Assembly: GCA_964399865.1 (NCBI GenBank)
Contig: CAYNRJ010000001.1
Span: forward strand, 67,727 to 131,726
Length of the DNA stretch: 64,000 bases
Direction of reading: 5' to 3'
DNA from: an uncultured Candidatus Saccharibacteria bacterium
Lineage (GTDB): Bacteria > Patescibacteriota > Minisyncoccia > Phycocordibacterales > UBA2100
Part shown: in pieces, positions 16,998 to 25,946 of the stretch
Numbering within the stretch: the stretch's first letter is position 1
How the letters are laid out: each line of letters begins with the position of its first letter
The notes under the pieces: generated by a model
What the model saw: the letters and a program-made list of their open reading frames with translations, nothing else
Databases searched by the model: none
What the model was told of the DNA's origin: nothing
Program-made: the position numbers and the translations under genes

Positions 16998-19016
16998 ATG
17001 AGTGGTTTCAAGCTGGTGAGCGACTATAAACCGGCAGGCGATCAGCCTGTCGCTATAGACACACTCGTGAAGGGTTTAAAAGCCGGAAAGCGCGACCAAA
17101 CCCTTCTTGGGGTCACAGGTTCAGGAAAGACTTTTACGATGGCAAATGTCATTGCAAAATGGGGGAAACCAACGCTTGTCATCGCGCATAACAAAACACT
17201 CGCAGCGCAACTCGCAGCAGAGTATCGTGAATTTTTTCCGGATCACGCAGTACACTATTTCGTCTCCTACTACGACTTCTATCAGCCAGAGGCGTATATG
17301 CCCGTTTCCGACACATACATAGAGAAGGAAGCGCAGATTAACGAAGATATCGAACGACTTCGACACGCATCCGCTCAAGCGCTCCTCACCCGCAAAGATG
17401 TCATCGTTGTTGCGTCGGTGTCCTGCATCTATGGTCTTGGAAGCCCGACAGAATACGAAAAATATATTCTCAAGTTAGAGAAGAACGAGAAATATACTCG
17501 GGCAACACTCACTCGCAAACTTACATCGATGTATTTCGAACGAACCACAGCCGACCTCTCTCCGGGGACATTTCGCGCGCTCGGGAGCCGAGTTGAAATA
17601 ATGCCCGCGAGCGAACGCGTGCTCTACCGACTTGATCTCACGGGCGGTGAGATAGCGAAAATAGAAATTCTCGATCCAATCACTCGCGTTATTACAGGAG
17701 AACAGGATTCGGTGCTCATCTTTCCAGCACGTCATTACGTGACCCCTAAAGATGTCGTTGAGGCGGCGGTTAAAGATATCGAAGCAGAACTGAAGGAGCA
17801 GCTGAAGAAGTTTGATGCCGAAGGGAAAATCCTGGAAGCTGAGAGATTAAAACGTCGAACGAGGCAGGACATCGCAATGATCCGTGAATTCGGGTACTGC
17901 AATGGTATAGAGAACTACTCTCGTCATTTTGATCGCCGTCAGCCGGGCGAACCCTCATTCACTCTCCTCTCTTATTTTCCCAAAAAGGCGGACGGTTCAC
18001 CGGATTTTCTTACCGTCATAGATGAATCGCACGTCACCGTGCCTCAGATAGGCGCAATGTACGCGGGAGATCGTGCACGAAAACTTACTCTTATTGAGCA
18101 TGGATTCCGCTTACCGAGCGCCGTCGATAATCGCCCGCTCAAATTTGACGAATTTCTAAAAAGTACCGCTGAGACTATATATACTTCTGCTACTCCGGCT
18201 GAGTATGAACTAGCCAAAAGTGGTACCCCTGCGTCTCAGATCATTCGTCCAACAGGTTTGGTTGATCCAGAGATTATCGTACGCCCTATCGTTAGCTCGG
18301 GTGAATATCAAGGTCAGGTGAAAGATTTTATTGCGGAGGCCGAGGCTGTGACCAAGAAAGGCGCCCGATCGATAGTCACTGTTCTCACAAAGAAAATGGC
18401 AGAGGATCTTTCGCAATTTCTTGTGGAGAAGGGAATTAAATCTCGCTACGTGCACAGCGATATTCTTACAATTGAGCGTATTGAAATTCTTACCGATTTT
18501 CGAAAGGGAAAATTCGACGTGCTTGTCGGAGTGAACCTCCTGCGCGAAGGACTCGACCTTCCAGAAGTCGAATTCATTGGTATCCTCGACGCAGACAAGG
18601 AGGGATTCCTCAGAAGTGATACATCTCTCATACAGACGATAGGTCGCGCGGCTCGAAACGTGAACGGCCGGGTCATTCTATATGCCGATCGCATGACAGG
18701 TTCGATGGAGCGAGCGATCGGAGAGACAAATCGTCGCCGAGAGATCCAGATCGCCTATAACAAGAAGAACAAGATCACACCGAAGACAATTGAGAAACGC
18801 ATTCACGACATCGTGGGAGATATTGAACGTACACGAAAACGAGCGATCGATGAGCTTACGCAAATAGACATGTCAGCATTCGGTGGGGACAAAAAGAAAC
18901 TCATCAAGGAGAAACGTCGCCAGATGCATGAAGCAGCCGATAGACTCGATTTCGAGACAGCAGCGCTTATTCGTGATGAAGTGAGAAAACTGGAAGAAGC
19001 GAAAAATAAATCATGA
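16998..19016 (+). CDS. uvrB: excinuclease ABC subunit B
   Basis: Helicase motifs (GVTGSGKT, DESH), UvrB beta-hairpin region and C-terminal UVR domain. Confidence 0.95.
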   Translation: MSGFKLVSDYKPAGDQPVAIDTLVKGLKAGKRDQTLLGVTGSGKTFTMANVIAKWGKPTLVIAHNKTLAAQLAAEYREFFPDHAVHYFVSYYDFYQPEAYMPVSDTYIEKEAQINEDIERLRHASAQALLTRKDVIVVASVSCIYGLGSPTEYEKYILKLEKNEKYTRATLTRKLTSMYFERTTADLSPGTFRALGSRVEIMPASERVLYRLDLTGGEIAKIEILDPITRVITGEQDSVLIFPARHYVTPKDVVEAAVKDIEAELKEQLKKFDAEGKILEAERLKRRTRQDIAMIREFGYCNGIENYSRHFDRRQPGEPSFTLLSYFPKKADGSPDFLTVIDESHVTVPQIGAMYAGDRARKLTLIEHGFRLPSAVDNRPLKFDEFLKSTAETIYTSATPAEYELAKSGTPASQIIRPTGLVDPEIIVRPIVSSGEYQGQVKDFIAEAEAVTKKGARSIVTVLTKKMAEDLSQFLVEKGIKSRYVHSDILTIERIEILTDFRKGKFDVLVGVNLLREGLDLPEVEFIGILDADKEGFLRSDTSLIQTIGRAARNVNGRVILYADRMTGSMERAIGETNRRREIQIAYNKKNKITPKTIEKRIHDIVGDIERTRKRAIDELTQIDMSAFGGDKKKLIKEKRRQMHEAADRLDFETAALIRDEVRKLEEAKNKS

Positions 19017-19939
19017 TCAACGTACAAGAAAATGTACCGCTTTCGCCTCTCACCACATTTGAAATTGGTGGCGCAGCTAAATATTTTGCCGAAATTCGAA
19101 ATGAAGCGGAATTACGAGAGGCAGCTACATGGGCTAATGAGCGAGGCGTTTCCCTCGTTGTTATTTCAGGAGGAAGTAATGTACTTATTCCGGATAATGG
19201 CCTTGATGCATTGGTTATTCAAATTGTGGGAGATGAGCTATCGATTAGCGGCATGACGCTCGATGTTCATCCAGGGCATAATCTTCTCGCTCTAATTCGA
19301 CTCGCGGGAGAGAAGGGGCTCGGAGGATGGGAAAAGCTTGCGGGTATTCCTGGAACTTTGGGAGGAGCGGTCCGTGGGAATGCAGGAGCATTCGGACCTG
19401 AAATAAAGGATTTTGTAGCGTCTGTTCGCGCAATCAATATTGAATCTGGAGAGATCAAGGATTTTGAGAATACTGCATGCGATTTTTCATATCGGCACAG
19501 TTATTTTAAAGATAATCCAGAGTGGGTGATACTTCACGTTCGACTTACCCTCATGCCCATCGATCCTTCTTTGAACAAGAAACTTGTCGAGGAGACGATT
19601 GCAGAGCGTGAAAAACGACATCTCCAGAACGTGCGCGCTGCCGGTTCTTACTTTATGAATCCCGTTGCTCCTCAAAACATCATAGATATGTTCGAAAGGG
19701 AAAAGCAGGTCAAATCTCGAGGGGGGCGTGTGCCCGCAGGATGGCTGATTGAAAAGGCTGGTATGAAGGGAGCTAAGGTAGGGAATGCCATCGCTTCACT
19801 CCAGCACCCGAACTATATCGTGAACCAAGGTGAAGCTACCGCGAAAGATGTACGCGAACTCGCTGAAAAAGTGAAGGATGCCGTAAAAAAAGGATTCGGA
19901 GTACGGCTCACTGAAGAAGCGGCAATTCTTGGCGACTAA
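19013..19939 (+). CDS. murB: UDP-N-acetylenolpyruvoylglucosamine reductase
   Basis: FAD-binding domain (FEIGGAAKYF... VISGGSNVL) and MurB C-terminal domain; start overlaps the uvrB stop by 4 nt. Confidence 0.85.
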   Translation: MINVQENVPLSPLTTFEIGGAAKYFAEIRNEAELREAATWANERGVSLVVISGGSNVLIPDNGLDALVIQIVGDELSISGMTLDVHPGHNLLALIRLAGEKGLGGWEKLAGIPGTLGGAVRGNAGAFGPEIKDFVASVRAINIESGEIKDFENTACDFSYRHSYFKDNPEWVILHVRLTLMPIDPSLNKKLVEETIAEREKRHLQNVRAAGSYFMNPVAPQNIIDMFEREKQVKSRGGRVPAGWLIEKAGMKGAKVGNAIASLQHPNYIVNQGEATAKDVRELAEKVKDAVKKGFGVRLTEEAAILGD

Positions 19940-20267
19940 GACGGGGGTTGTGTGAAGAGTAGAGTGCCTTTTGGAGAAATATTATCGCTACGGCGGTCTT
20001 AGGAGCGACGCCGGCATTCTCCAAAATAGCTAGAAGACGGTCGTTCGGCTCACTTCGTCCAAACGCTGCTTCGAGCTCTCCGAGTGCCGCGGCTAGTCGC
20101 TCCTCAGGATCGCTGTTTGGATCAGTAGCACGCAGCTGCTCCGCTGCGTCTTTCTTGCAGACGTTCAGCTGTTCTAACAACTCACTCATCTCTTCGACGG
20201 AGTATTCCTTAGAAGGTTGACTCTGTATGAATTCCTTCATGTGCTCATTGTATCCCATTTGGTACAA
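19908..20267 (-). CDS. hypothetical acidic helical protein
   Basis: Only ORF filling the 330-bp gap. No clear RBS. Overlaps the murB 3' end by 32 nt. Confidence 0.3.
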   Translation of the reverse strand: MYQMGYNEHMKEFIQSQPSKEYSVEEMSELLEQLNVCKKDAAEQLRATDPNSDPEERLAAALGELEAAFGRSEPNDRLLAILENAGVAPKTAVAIIFLQKALYSSHNPRLSRQELPLLQ

Positions 20268-20274
20268 TGGAAAT

Positions 20275-20865
20275 ATGACATTTGAACCGTACGCAGCACG
20301 AACCCACGAGAAGATGAAGGAAGTCCTGATGGACCCGAGTGCCTCCGGTCCTGCTATTCACTATTACATGATCCGAGGGGGATCGAAGAAACGGAATATT
20401 ACGGTTTGGGAAAGTGGAACCGTGGGAAGCGAATACATAAAAACATATGGTCATTATCACGTCGGAAATAATCTGCCGGAAATATACTGGATTCTCGCAG
20501 GGGAAGGAGCAGTAATCCTCCAAAAACTTGTTCAAGAAAACGGCGCCATGCAAGCTGATCGAGTTGCGGATTTTAAGGTTGTCCCTGTTAAAAGTGGGGA
20601 CAAGGTGGAAATACCGGGCGATTATGGCCATCTGGCGCTCAATTGGGGTAAACAATGGTTTGTGACTGAAGACGATTCTCCTGTCGCGACAGGCGGCGAT
20701 TCCGCATCTATGCCGGTCCATGCCAATTACGAACTCGTCAAGCAAATGCAAGGATTTGCATATTATGCTGTTGAAAAAGACGGCAAGCCCGCGCTTGTAA
20801 GAAATCCTAAATATAAAGAAATACAAAAAGAGGACCTCGGAGGATTACAGGTCATAAGTGTATGA
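20275..20865 (+). CDS. pgiA: cupin-type (archaeal-type) glucose-6-phosphate isomerase
   Basis: Diagnostic cPGI motifs GSEYIKTYGHYHVGNNLPEIY (TxGHxHx6-11ExY) and the cupin fold; start taken at MTFEPYA. Confidence 0.7.
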   Translation: MTFEPYAARTHEKMKEVLMDPSASGPAIHYYMIRGGSKKRNITVWESGTVGSEYIKTYGHYHVGNNLPEIYWILAGEGAVILQKLVQENGAMQADRVADFKVVPVKSGDKVEIPGDYGHLALNWGKQWFVTEDDSPVATGGDSASMPVHANYELVKQMQGFAYYAVEKDGKPALVRNPKYKEIQKEDLGGLQVISV

Positions 20866-20889
20866 AATATTTGTAGTAGAATAGTCCGA

Positions 20890-22200
20890 ATGACTCGCTC
20901 AAAAATATTTTGGATTGTTGCACTTTTCATTCTGATTGGAGGAAGTGGCGTCGGAGGTTACGCATATTCCACGTATCCGTCCGAAAATAGTTCTCCCACC
21001 TACCTCACTCCGGAAGAGGAGGACATATACGTGCGATTTGGAATGGAGGTGTTCGATAAGGTGAATGCTAATTATTGGGAAAAGCTTGATGAGGCGCAAT
21101 TCTCTGAATTATTCCGCGCTGCGACCGAAAAGGCTGTAAACGCTCCAATTTCTCTAGCGACATCTACCCGTGCAGGAGTGGCGTCGATGCTCGCTGCAGC
21201 CGTAAACGCTCAAACTTCAACTTCGACGAAGGCAGAATTGATCAAGAATGTCTCAATTGTAGTCCTCGCGAATCTTCCTCCAGCTGGTCGCCTAGGTCTT
21301 ATGTCACAGAAGCAGGAGACTGAGCTTCGTCAGAACGTGAGCAATATAAATCCAGAGAAGGATCTGTACGCAGACCTCGGTCTCACAAAAGGTGCCTCAG
21401 TAGCTGCTGTTACGGCTGCGTTTGAGGAAAAAGTGGAGACGCTGGCGGATGCAACAACCACGGAAGCTAAAGCGGAATTGGCAAAAGCAGAATACGCGCA
21501 CGAAGTTCTCACAAAGGAGAGTAGTAAGACCCTCTACGATGGTGCTGGAATAGAACCTACGCTATATACGCGCAAATTTGGAAAGACTTTGTACATGAAC
21601 CTAACGAAAATTTCGCCAACAACTTTCCAGGAATTTGGGTTAGCGATAGATGCAGCATCAACGACTCCGGGAATGGATAGTCTCATCTTGGACGTCCGAG
21701 GGAATGTTGGCGGCTCCCTTGATTTCGCCCAGGCGTTCCTCGGTTTATTTATTGGTCAGAATCAATATGCGTTCGACCTGTATCATCAGGGTGATTTTGA
21801 TGTGATGCGTACAACTTTCGGAAACTATCCGCTTTTGGAGAGATACAAGGAAATCGCCATTCTCACAGACAACATGACGCAGTCGACGGCAGAAGTAATG
21901 ACCGCTTCGCTTAAACGAATGAATCTTGCCCACGTTGTCGGAGGGACAACGAGGGGGTGGGGAACTGTCGAGAACACGTTCCCAATCGATACTATGCTCA
22001 CCCCTGATGAAAAGTTCGTTCTATTCCTTGTCCATTCCATAACGCTCCGTGAAGATAATCAGCCGATAGAGGGAAGAGGCATCACTCCTGATGTAGATAT
22101 TGCAAATCCGCTCTGGAAACAAAAGTTAACTGAATACTTTAAATCACCAAATCTAATTCAAGCTCTCAAAGAGACTGCTGCAGGCGCTCCTTTGCACTAA
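20890..22200 (+). CDS. membrane-anchored S41-family (C-terminal processing) peptidase
   Basis: N-terminal TM, then S41 core with LILDVRGNVGGSL and TASAAE-like motifs. The central stretch DLYADLGL...YDGAG resembles a degenerate J-domain lacking HPD. Confidence 0.65.
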   Translation: MTRSKIFWIVALFILIGGSGVGGYAYSTYPSENSSPTYLTPEEEDIYVRFGMEVFDKVNANYWEKLDEAQFSELFRAATEKAVNAPISLATSTRAGVASMLAAAVNAQTSTSTKAELIKNVSIVVLANLPPAGRLGLMSQKQETELRQNVSNINPEKDLYADLGLTKGASVAAVTAAFEEKVETLADATTTEAKAELAKAEYAHEVLTKESSKTLYDGAGIEPTLYTRKFGKTLYMNLTKISPTTFQEFGLAIDAASTTPGMDSLILDVRGNVGGSLDFAQAFLGLFIGQNQYAFDLYHQGDFDVMRTTFGNYPLLERYKEIAILTDNMTQSTAEVMTASLKRMNLAHVVGGTTRGWGTVENTFPIDTMLTPDEKFVLFLVHSITLREDNQPIEGRGITPDVDIANPLWKQKLTEYFKSPNLIQALKETAAGAPLH

Positions 22201-22285
22201 ATTTCTCCGGGAAAGCCCACTCGCACTCTGAGATATTTTATGTAACTATTTCGGCGGGTTCGTTGTGAACCTGGAGGACTGAAGT

Positions 22286-22621
22286 ATGCGGGTCGCTGTT
22301 ATTGACGGTGACGAGGGTGTACGTGAGGAATTTCGTGTAGCTCTTGCTCCTCATGGGGAGTACGATGTGCGGACGTTCGAGACCCCCGAGGTGGCGATCG
22401 AGCACATCAGGAGGATTCCCTACGACGTCCTTATTGTCGGTGAAGTAGGTCTGTTTCTTACCCTGGCACCAAACGCTTGTTTCGACGAGCTGATCCTGGT
22501 TCTCGGTAACGATCGCGACTTGCGTCGCCTTCTGCCTGATCTGCACACACGGATCTCCATACTGGCTGATGCACGCCATACTCTTGGCGCGTATCGTTGG
22601 TATAGAGGGACTCATCCCTAG
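22286..22621 (+). CDS. orphan pseudo-receiver (CheY-like REC) domain protein on a GC-rich island
   Basis: GGAGGA RBS 8 nt upstream. MRVAVIDGDEG...YDVLIVGEVG has REC topology, but the phospho-acceptor Asp is replaced (LIVGEV). Region is GC-richer than its flanks. Followed by hairpin GGCTCCGGGAG-AACTA-CTCCCGGGGCC. Confidence 0.45.
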   Translation: MRVAVIDGDEGVREEFRVALAPHGEYDVRTFETPEVAIEHIRRIPYDVLIVGEVGLFLTLAPNACFDELILVLGNDRDLRRLLPDLHTRISILADARHTLGAYRWYRGTHP

Positions 22622-22745
22622 GCTCGTCCGCTCTGGTGGCTCCGGGAGAACTACTCCCGGGGCCTCCGAATTTCCATTGAGATTTTGTACTGTGGTATAG
22701 TGCTCATACCTAACCCCTATCTCCAGATGGGGGCGGATTTACGTT

Positions 22746-25424
22746 ATGTCAGAATCAAAAAATAGCGGGAAAGACACAAATTCTTCCGTAGGAGCGGATA
22801 AAATCGTCATAAAAGGTGCACGAACTCACAACTTGAAGAACGTGAGTGTTGAAATTCCACGCAACAAAATGGTGGTGTTTACAGGCCTCTCTGGAAGCGG
22901 CAAATCGTCACTCGCGTTCGATACGATATTTGCGGAAGGTCAGCGCAAGTATGTTGAATCTCTTTCCGCGTACGCACGACAATTCTTAAGACAGATGCAG
23001 AAACCTGATGTTGATGAAATTACAGGACTCTCGCCGGCTATTTCCATCGACCAAAAATCTCGTTCCAACAACCCTCGTTCGACGGTCGCAACAATTACCG
23101 AGATTTATGACTACCTTCGCGTGCTGTATGCACGTATTGGAAAGGCACACTGTCTCGAATGTGGTCGAGAAGTACGGAAGCTTTCGAATGAAGAAATATT
23201 GGAGACTGTCTTTGGAATGGTGGAGGAGGCTCGCAAACAGAAAAAGGAAATTTCTCCAAAAGCGAAACTCACAAAAGGGGTTTCTGCAGACAGGATTCGT
23301 ATAAGCTCGCCCGTTGTTGTGGGAAGAAAGGGTGAATACTATCAATTACTTTACGACCTTTTGAATAAAGGGTACGAAAAAGTCATTATCGATGGTGAGG
23401 AGAAGTCTCTACGTACTCGTATTGAGCTTAAAAAGCATTTTAAACACAATATCGACGTGGTCGTGGATGAGATCTTCGTTTCGGAGTTTACTGATGATCT
23501 AAAGGGAACGCGTGAGCGTGCAGCTGAGGCTATTGAAAAGGCTCTGTCGGAATCCGATGGACTTGCCCGTATCACAGATCCAAATGGAGGCGAAAAAGTT
23601 GTATCTGCCAAATTTATGTGTCCGTATGACGGTTTCTCGTTCCCAGAAGTAGAGCCACGTCTTTTCTCGTTTAATTCACCGTACGGTGCGTGTCCTGAAT
23701 GTAAAGGTCTTGGTACCAAATATTTCTTTGGTGATGAGCCATGTGATGTGTGCAAAGGTGCACGACTCCGACCTGAGGCGCTCAACGTCTTTATCGGCAA
23801 GAAATACGAGCCTGAAGAAGGAAGAGATAAAAACAAAACGACTAATATCGTTGAACTTGCCGCCCTTTCGATTCAGGACGCGAAGGATTTCTTCGACGGA
23901 CTTAAGCTCACGAAAAAGGAGGAAGATATTTCTCGCGTTGTGATTAAAGAGATCATGAGCCGCCTTCAGTTCATGCTGAACGTCGGTATCGAATATTTAA
24001 CGCTTGATCGAAAGGCGAACACGCTTTCTGGAGGCGAAGCACAGCGTATTCGCCTTGCGTCTCAGCTCGGCAGCGGGCTTGTAGGTGCTCTGTATGTACT
24101 AGATGAACCAACAATTGGACTTCACCAAAGGGACAATGATCGTCTCATTAACACGCTCAAGCACCTGCGCGACCTCGGAAACACTGTTCTCGTTGTTGAG
24201 CACGATGAAGATACAATTTACGCGTCAGATTATATTGTCGATATTGGTCCTGGGGCCGGCGTACACGGAGGAAACATTGTCGCATCTGGTTGGCTCGATG
24301 AACTCCTCACTGCAAAGACAAATAAATCAGGCTCACGCACGCTCTCATATCTGCGCGAAGAATCCGCAATAGAATTACCCGAGCAAAGGAGAACCGCGGA
24401 CCGTGGGAAGCTGAAAATTCGTGGTGCATCAAAGTTCAATCTTGAGAATGTGAACGCGGACATTCCCCTCGCGAAACTCGTTCTCATTACGGGTGTTTCC
24501 GGTTCTGGGAAATCAACATTCCTCTATGAAATATTGCACCGAAACCTCCTCGCAAAATTCGATAAACGCTATCGGACGGCCAAAATATACAATGTGAAGG
24601 AATTTAGCGGCACAGACTACCTTGGGCGCTCAATATTGATTGATCAGTCTCCGATAGGAAGAACGCCACGATCGAACCCCGCGACCTATACAGGGGCTTG
24701 GACGCATATACGCGACCTCTTTGCCATGTCAGAGGAGTCAAAGACGCGTGGATGGGGGCCGGGACGCTTCTCGTTCAACGTAAAAGGAGGACGATGCGAA
24801 GCATGCCAAGGGAACGGTCTTGTCGCTGTTGAAATGCACTTCTTGCCGACTGTGTACGTGACCTGCGACGTGTGTATGGGAAAGCGATTCATGAAAGAAA
24901 CACTTGAAGTTAAATACAAGAAAAAAAGCATTCATGATGTGCTCTCAATGACCGTTGAGGAGGCACTTAAATTCTTCGAAGATATTCCTGCGATTTCTGA
25001 TCGTTTGCAAACTCTTTCAGATGTCGGTCTTGAGTATCTCGAGCTTGGCCAAAGCGCAACAACTCTCTCAGGTGGAGAAGCGCAGCGTGTGAAAATCGCA
25101 TCTGAGCTCTACCGTCCTCTTCAAACAAAGACGATGTACCTTCTAGATGAGCCAACAGTAGGACTCCACTATGACGATGTCGCTAAATTGATTTCTATTC
25201 TTCAGAAGCTAGTCGAGAGAGGGAATTCGGTCGTCGTAATCGAACACAATCTCGACATGCTGAAATGCGCTGATTACATTCTTGACCTTGGTCCTGAAGG
25301 TGGTGGAGGAGGAGGTAAGATCGTAGCTAAAGGAACTCCAGAAGAAGTTGCAAATACGGATGGCTCACACACGGGGTATTACCTAAAGAAGGTACTCAAA
25401 AAGCATAAAAATCATAAGAATTGA
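22746..25424 (+). CDS. uvrA: excinuclease ABC subunit A
   Basis: Two ABC ATPase modules (GLSGSGKSS / GVSGSGKST Walker A motifs, LSGGE signatures) and zinc-finger cysteines; 892 aa. Confidence 0.95.
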   Translation: MSESKNSGKDTNSSVGADKIVIKGARTHNLKNVSVEIPRNKMVVFTGLSGSGKSSLAFDTIFAEGQRKYVESLSAYARQFLRQMQKPDVDEITGLSPAISIDQKSRSNNPRSTVATITEIYDYLRVLYARIGKAHCLECGREVRKLSNEEILETVFGMVEEARKQKKEISPKAKLTKGVSADRIRISSPVVVGRKGEYYQLLYDLLNKGYEKVIIDGEEKSLRTRIELKKHFKHNIDVVVDEIFVSEFTDDLKGTRERAAEAIEKALSESDGLARITDPNGGEKVVSAKFMCPYDGFSFPEVEPRLFSFNSPYGACPECKGLGTKYFFGDEPCDVCKGARLRPEALNVFIGKKYEPEEGRDKNKTTNIVELAALSIQDAKDFFDGLKLTKKEEDISRVVIKEIMSRLQFMLNVGIEYLTLDRKANTLSGGEAQRIRLASQLGSGLVGALYVLDEPTIGLHQRDNDRLINTLKHLRDLGNTVLVVEHDEDTIYASDYIVDIGPGAGVHGGNIVASGWLDELLTAKTNKSGSRTLSYLREESAIELPEQRRTADRGKLKIRGASKFNLENVNADIPLAKLVLITGVSGSGKSTFLYEILHRNLLAKFDKRYRTAKIYNVKEFSGTDYLGRSILIDQSPIGRTPRSNPATYTGAWTHIRDLFAMSEESKTRGWGPGRFSFNVKGGRCEACQGNGLVAVEMHFLPTVYVTCDVCMGKRFMKETLEVKYKKKSIHDVLSMTVEEALKFFEDIPAISDRLQTLSDVGLEYLELGQSATTLSGGEAQRVKIASELYRPLQTKTMYLLDEPTVGLHYDDVAKLISILQKLVERGNSVVVIEHNLDMLKCADYILDLGPEGGGGGGKIVAKGTPEEVANTDGSHTGYYLKKVLKKHKNHKN

Positions 25425-25485
25425 CCCCTCTGCGTGAATGATGTGCGACATCGTGTTATAGTCTTGCCCGGGTCGGATCAGACCT

Positions 25486-25509
25486 TAGACAAACGACACG
25501 AGAGTGTCG
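25486..25509 (+). terminator. uvrA intrinsic terminator
   Basis: CGACAC-GAGA-GTGTCG hairpin followed by TTTTTGCGG, about 60 nt after the uvrA stop. Confidence 0.5.
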
Positions 25510-25563
25510 TTTTTGCGGCAACAACGAGGGAACGGAATAGTGACTCAACCTAAGATAATTCCG

Positions 25564-25848
25564 ATGAGCCACGTGGATAGGCTCAGGAAGAGGCTGGGAG
25601 GACGGAGGCTCACCTTCGTCCGAGGGGATCTCATCAGGCACGGACATGTCCGTGAAGTTGAGATACGGCATGACGGCAAACTCGTCGTACGCTGTTCGTG
25701 GACCGATCCGTCTCCCGACGGAAGCGTCCACGATGAACTCGTGACAACAACTGGGCACAAAGATCCGGTCGAGGATGCAGAGGGGACAATCACAATACCC
25801 TTTCATCCCCATGGCGAGCTCCGGCTTATTCCTGCGGCCAGACTCTAG
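25564..25848 (+). CDS. hypothetical small protein on a GC-rich island (strand uncertain)
   Basis: 94-aa ORF with high GC3, followed by a + strand terminator. No SD. An alternative Cys-rich ORF exists on the - strand (25456..25860). Confidence 0.3.
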   Translation: MSHVDRLRKRLGGRRLTFVRGDLIRHGHVREVEIRHDGKLVVRCSWTDPSPDGSVHDELVTTTGHKDPVEDAEGTITIPFHPHGELRLIPAARL

Positions 25849-25909
25849 GGCCTTGATCACCGGCTAGATAGACGTAGCGCAGCGCTCGTTGAACTAGTCG
25901 ATCGCAACT

Positions 25910-25946
25910 ACTCCGGGCGCCACGCGTGCCCGGAGTTGATTTTTTT
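25910..25946 (+). terminator. GC-rich intrinsic terminator
   Basis: ACTCCGGGC-(9-nt loop)-GCCCGGAGT stem followed by TGATTTTTTT; abuts the carB stop. Confidence 0.55.

Noticed and set aside
20245-20826. 193-aa ORF antisense to the cupin PGI gene
   Set aside because: The + strand product carries the diagnostic cPGI motif. The antisense ORF has no motif and an odd composition.
22238-22615. 125-aa ORF on the - strand antisense to the pseudo-receiver gene
   Set aside because: No RBS. The + strand ORF has a strong GGAGGA SD and a recognisable REC-like fold.
25456-25860. 134-aa Cys-rich ORF on the - strand (CDCPLC...CCHE)
   Set aside because: Plausible, but it starts with GTG and has no SD. The flanking hairpin+U-tract terminators are oriented for the + strand. 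Kept only as an alternative to the + strand call.
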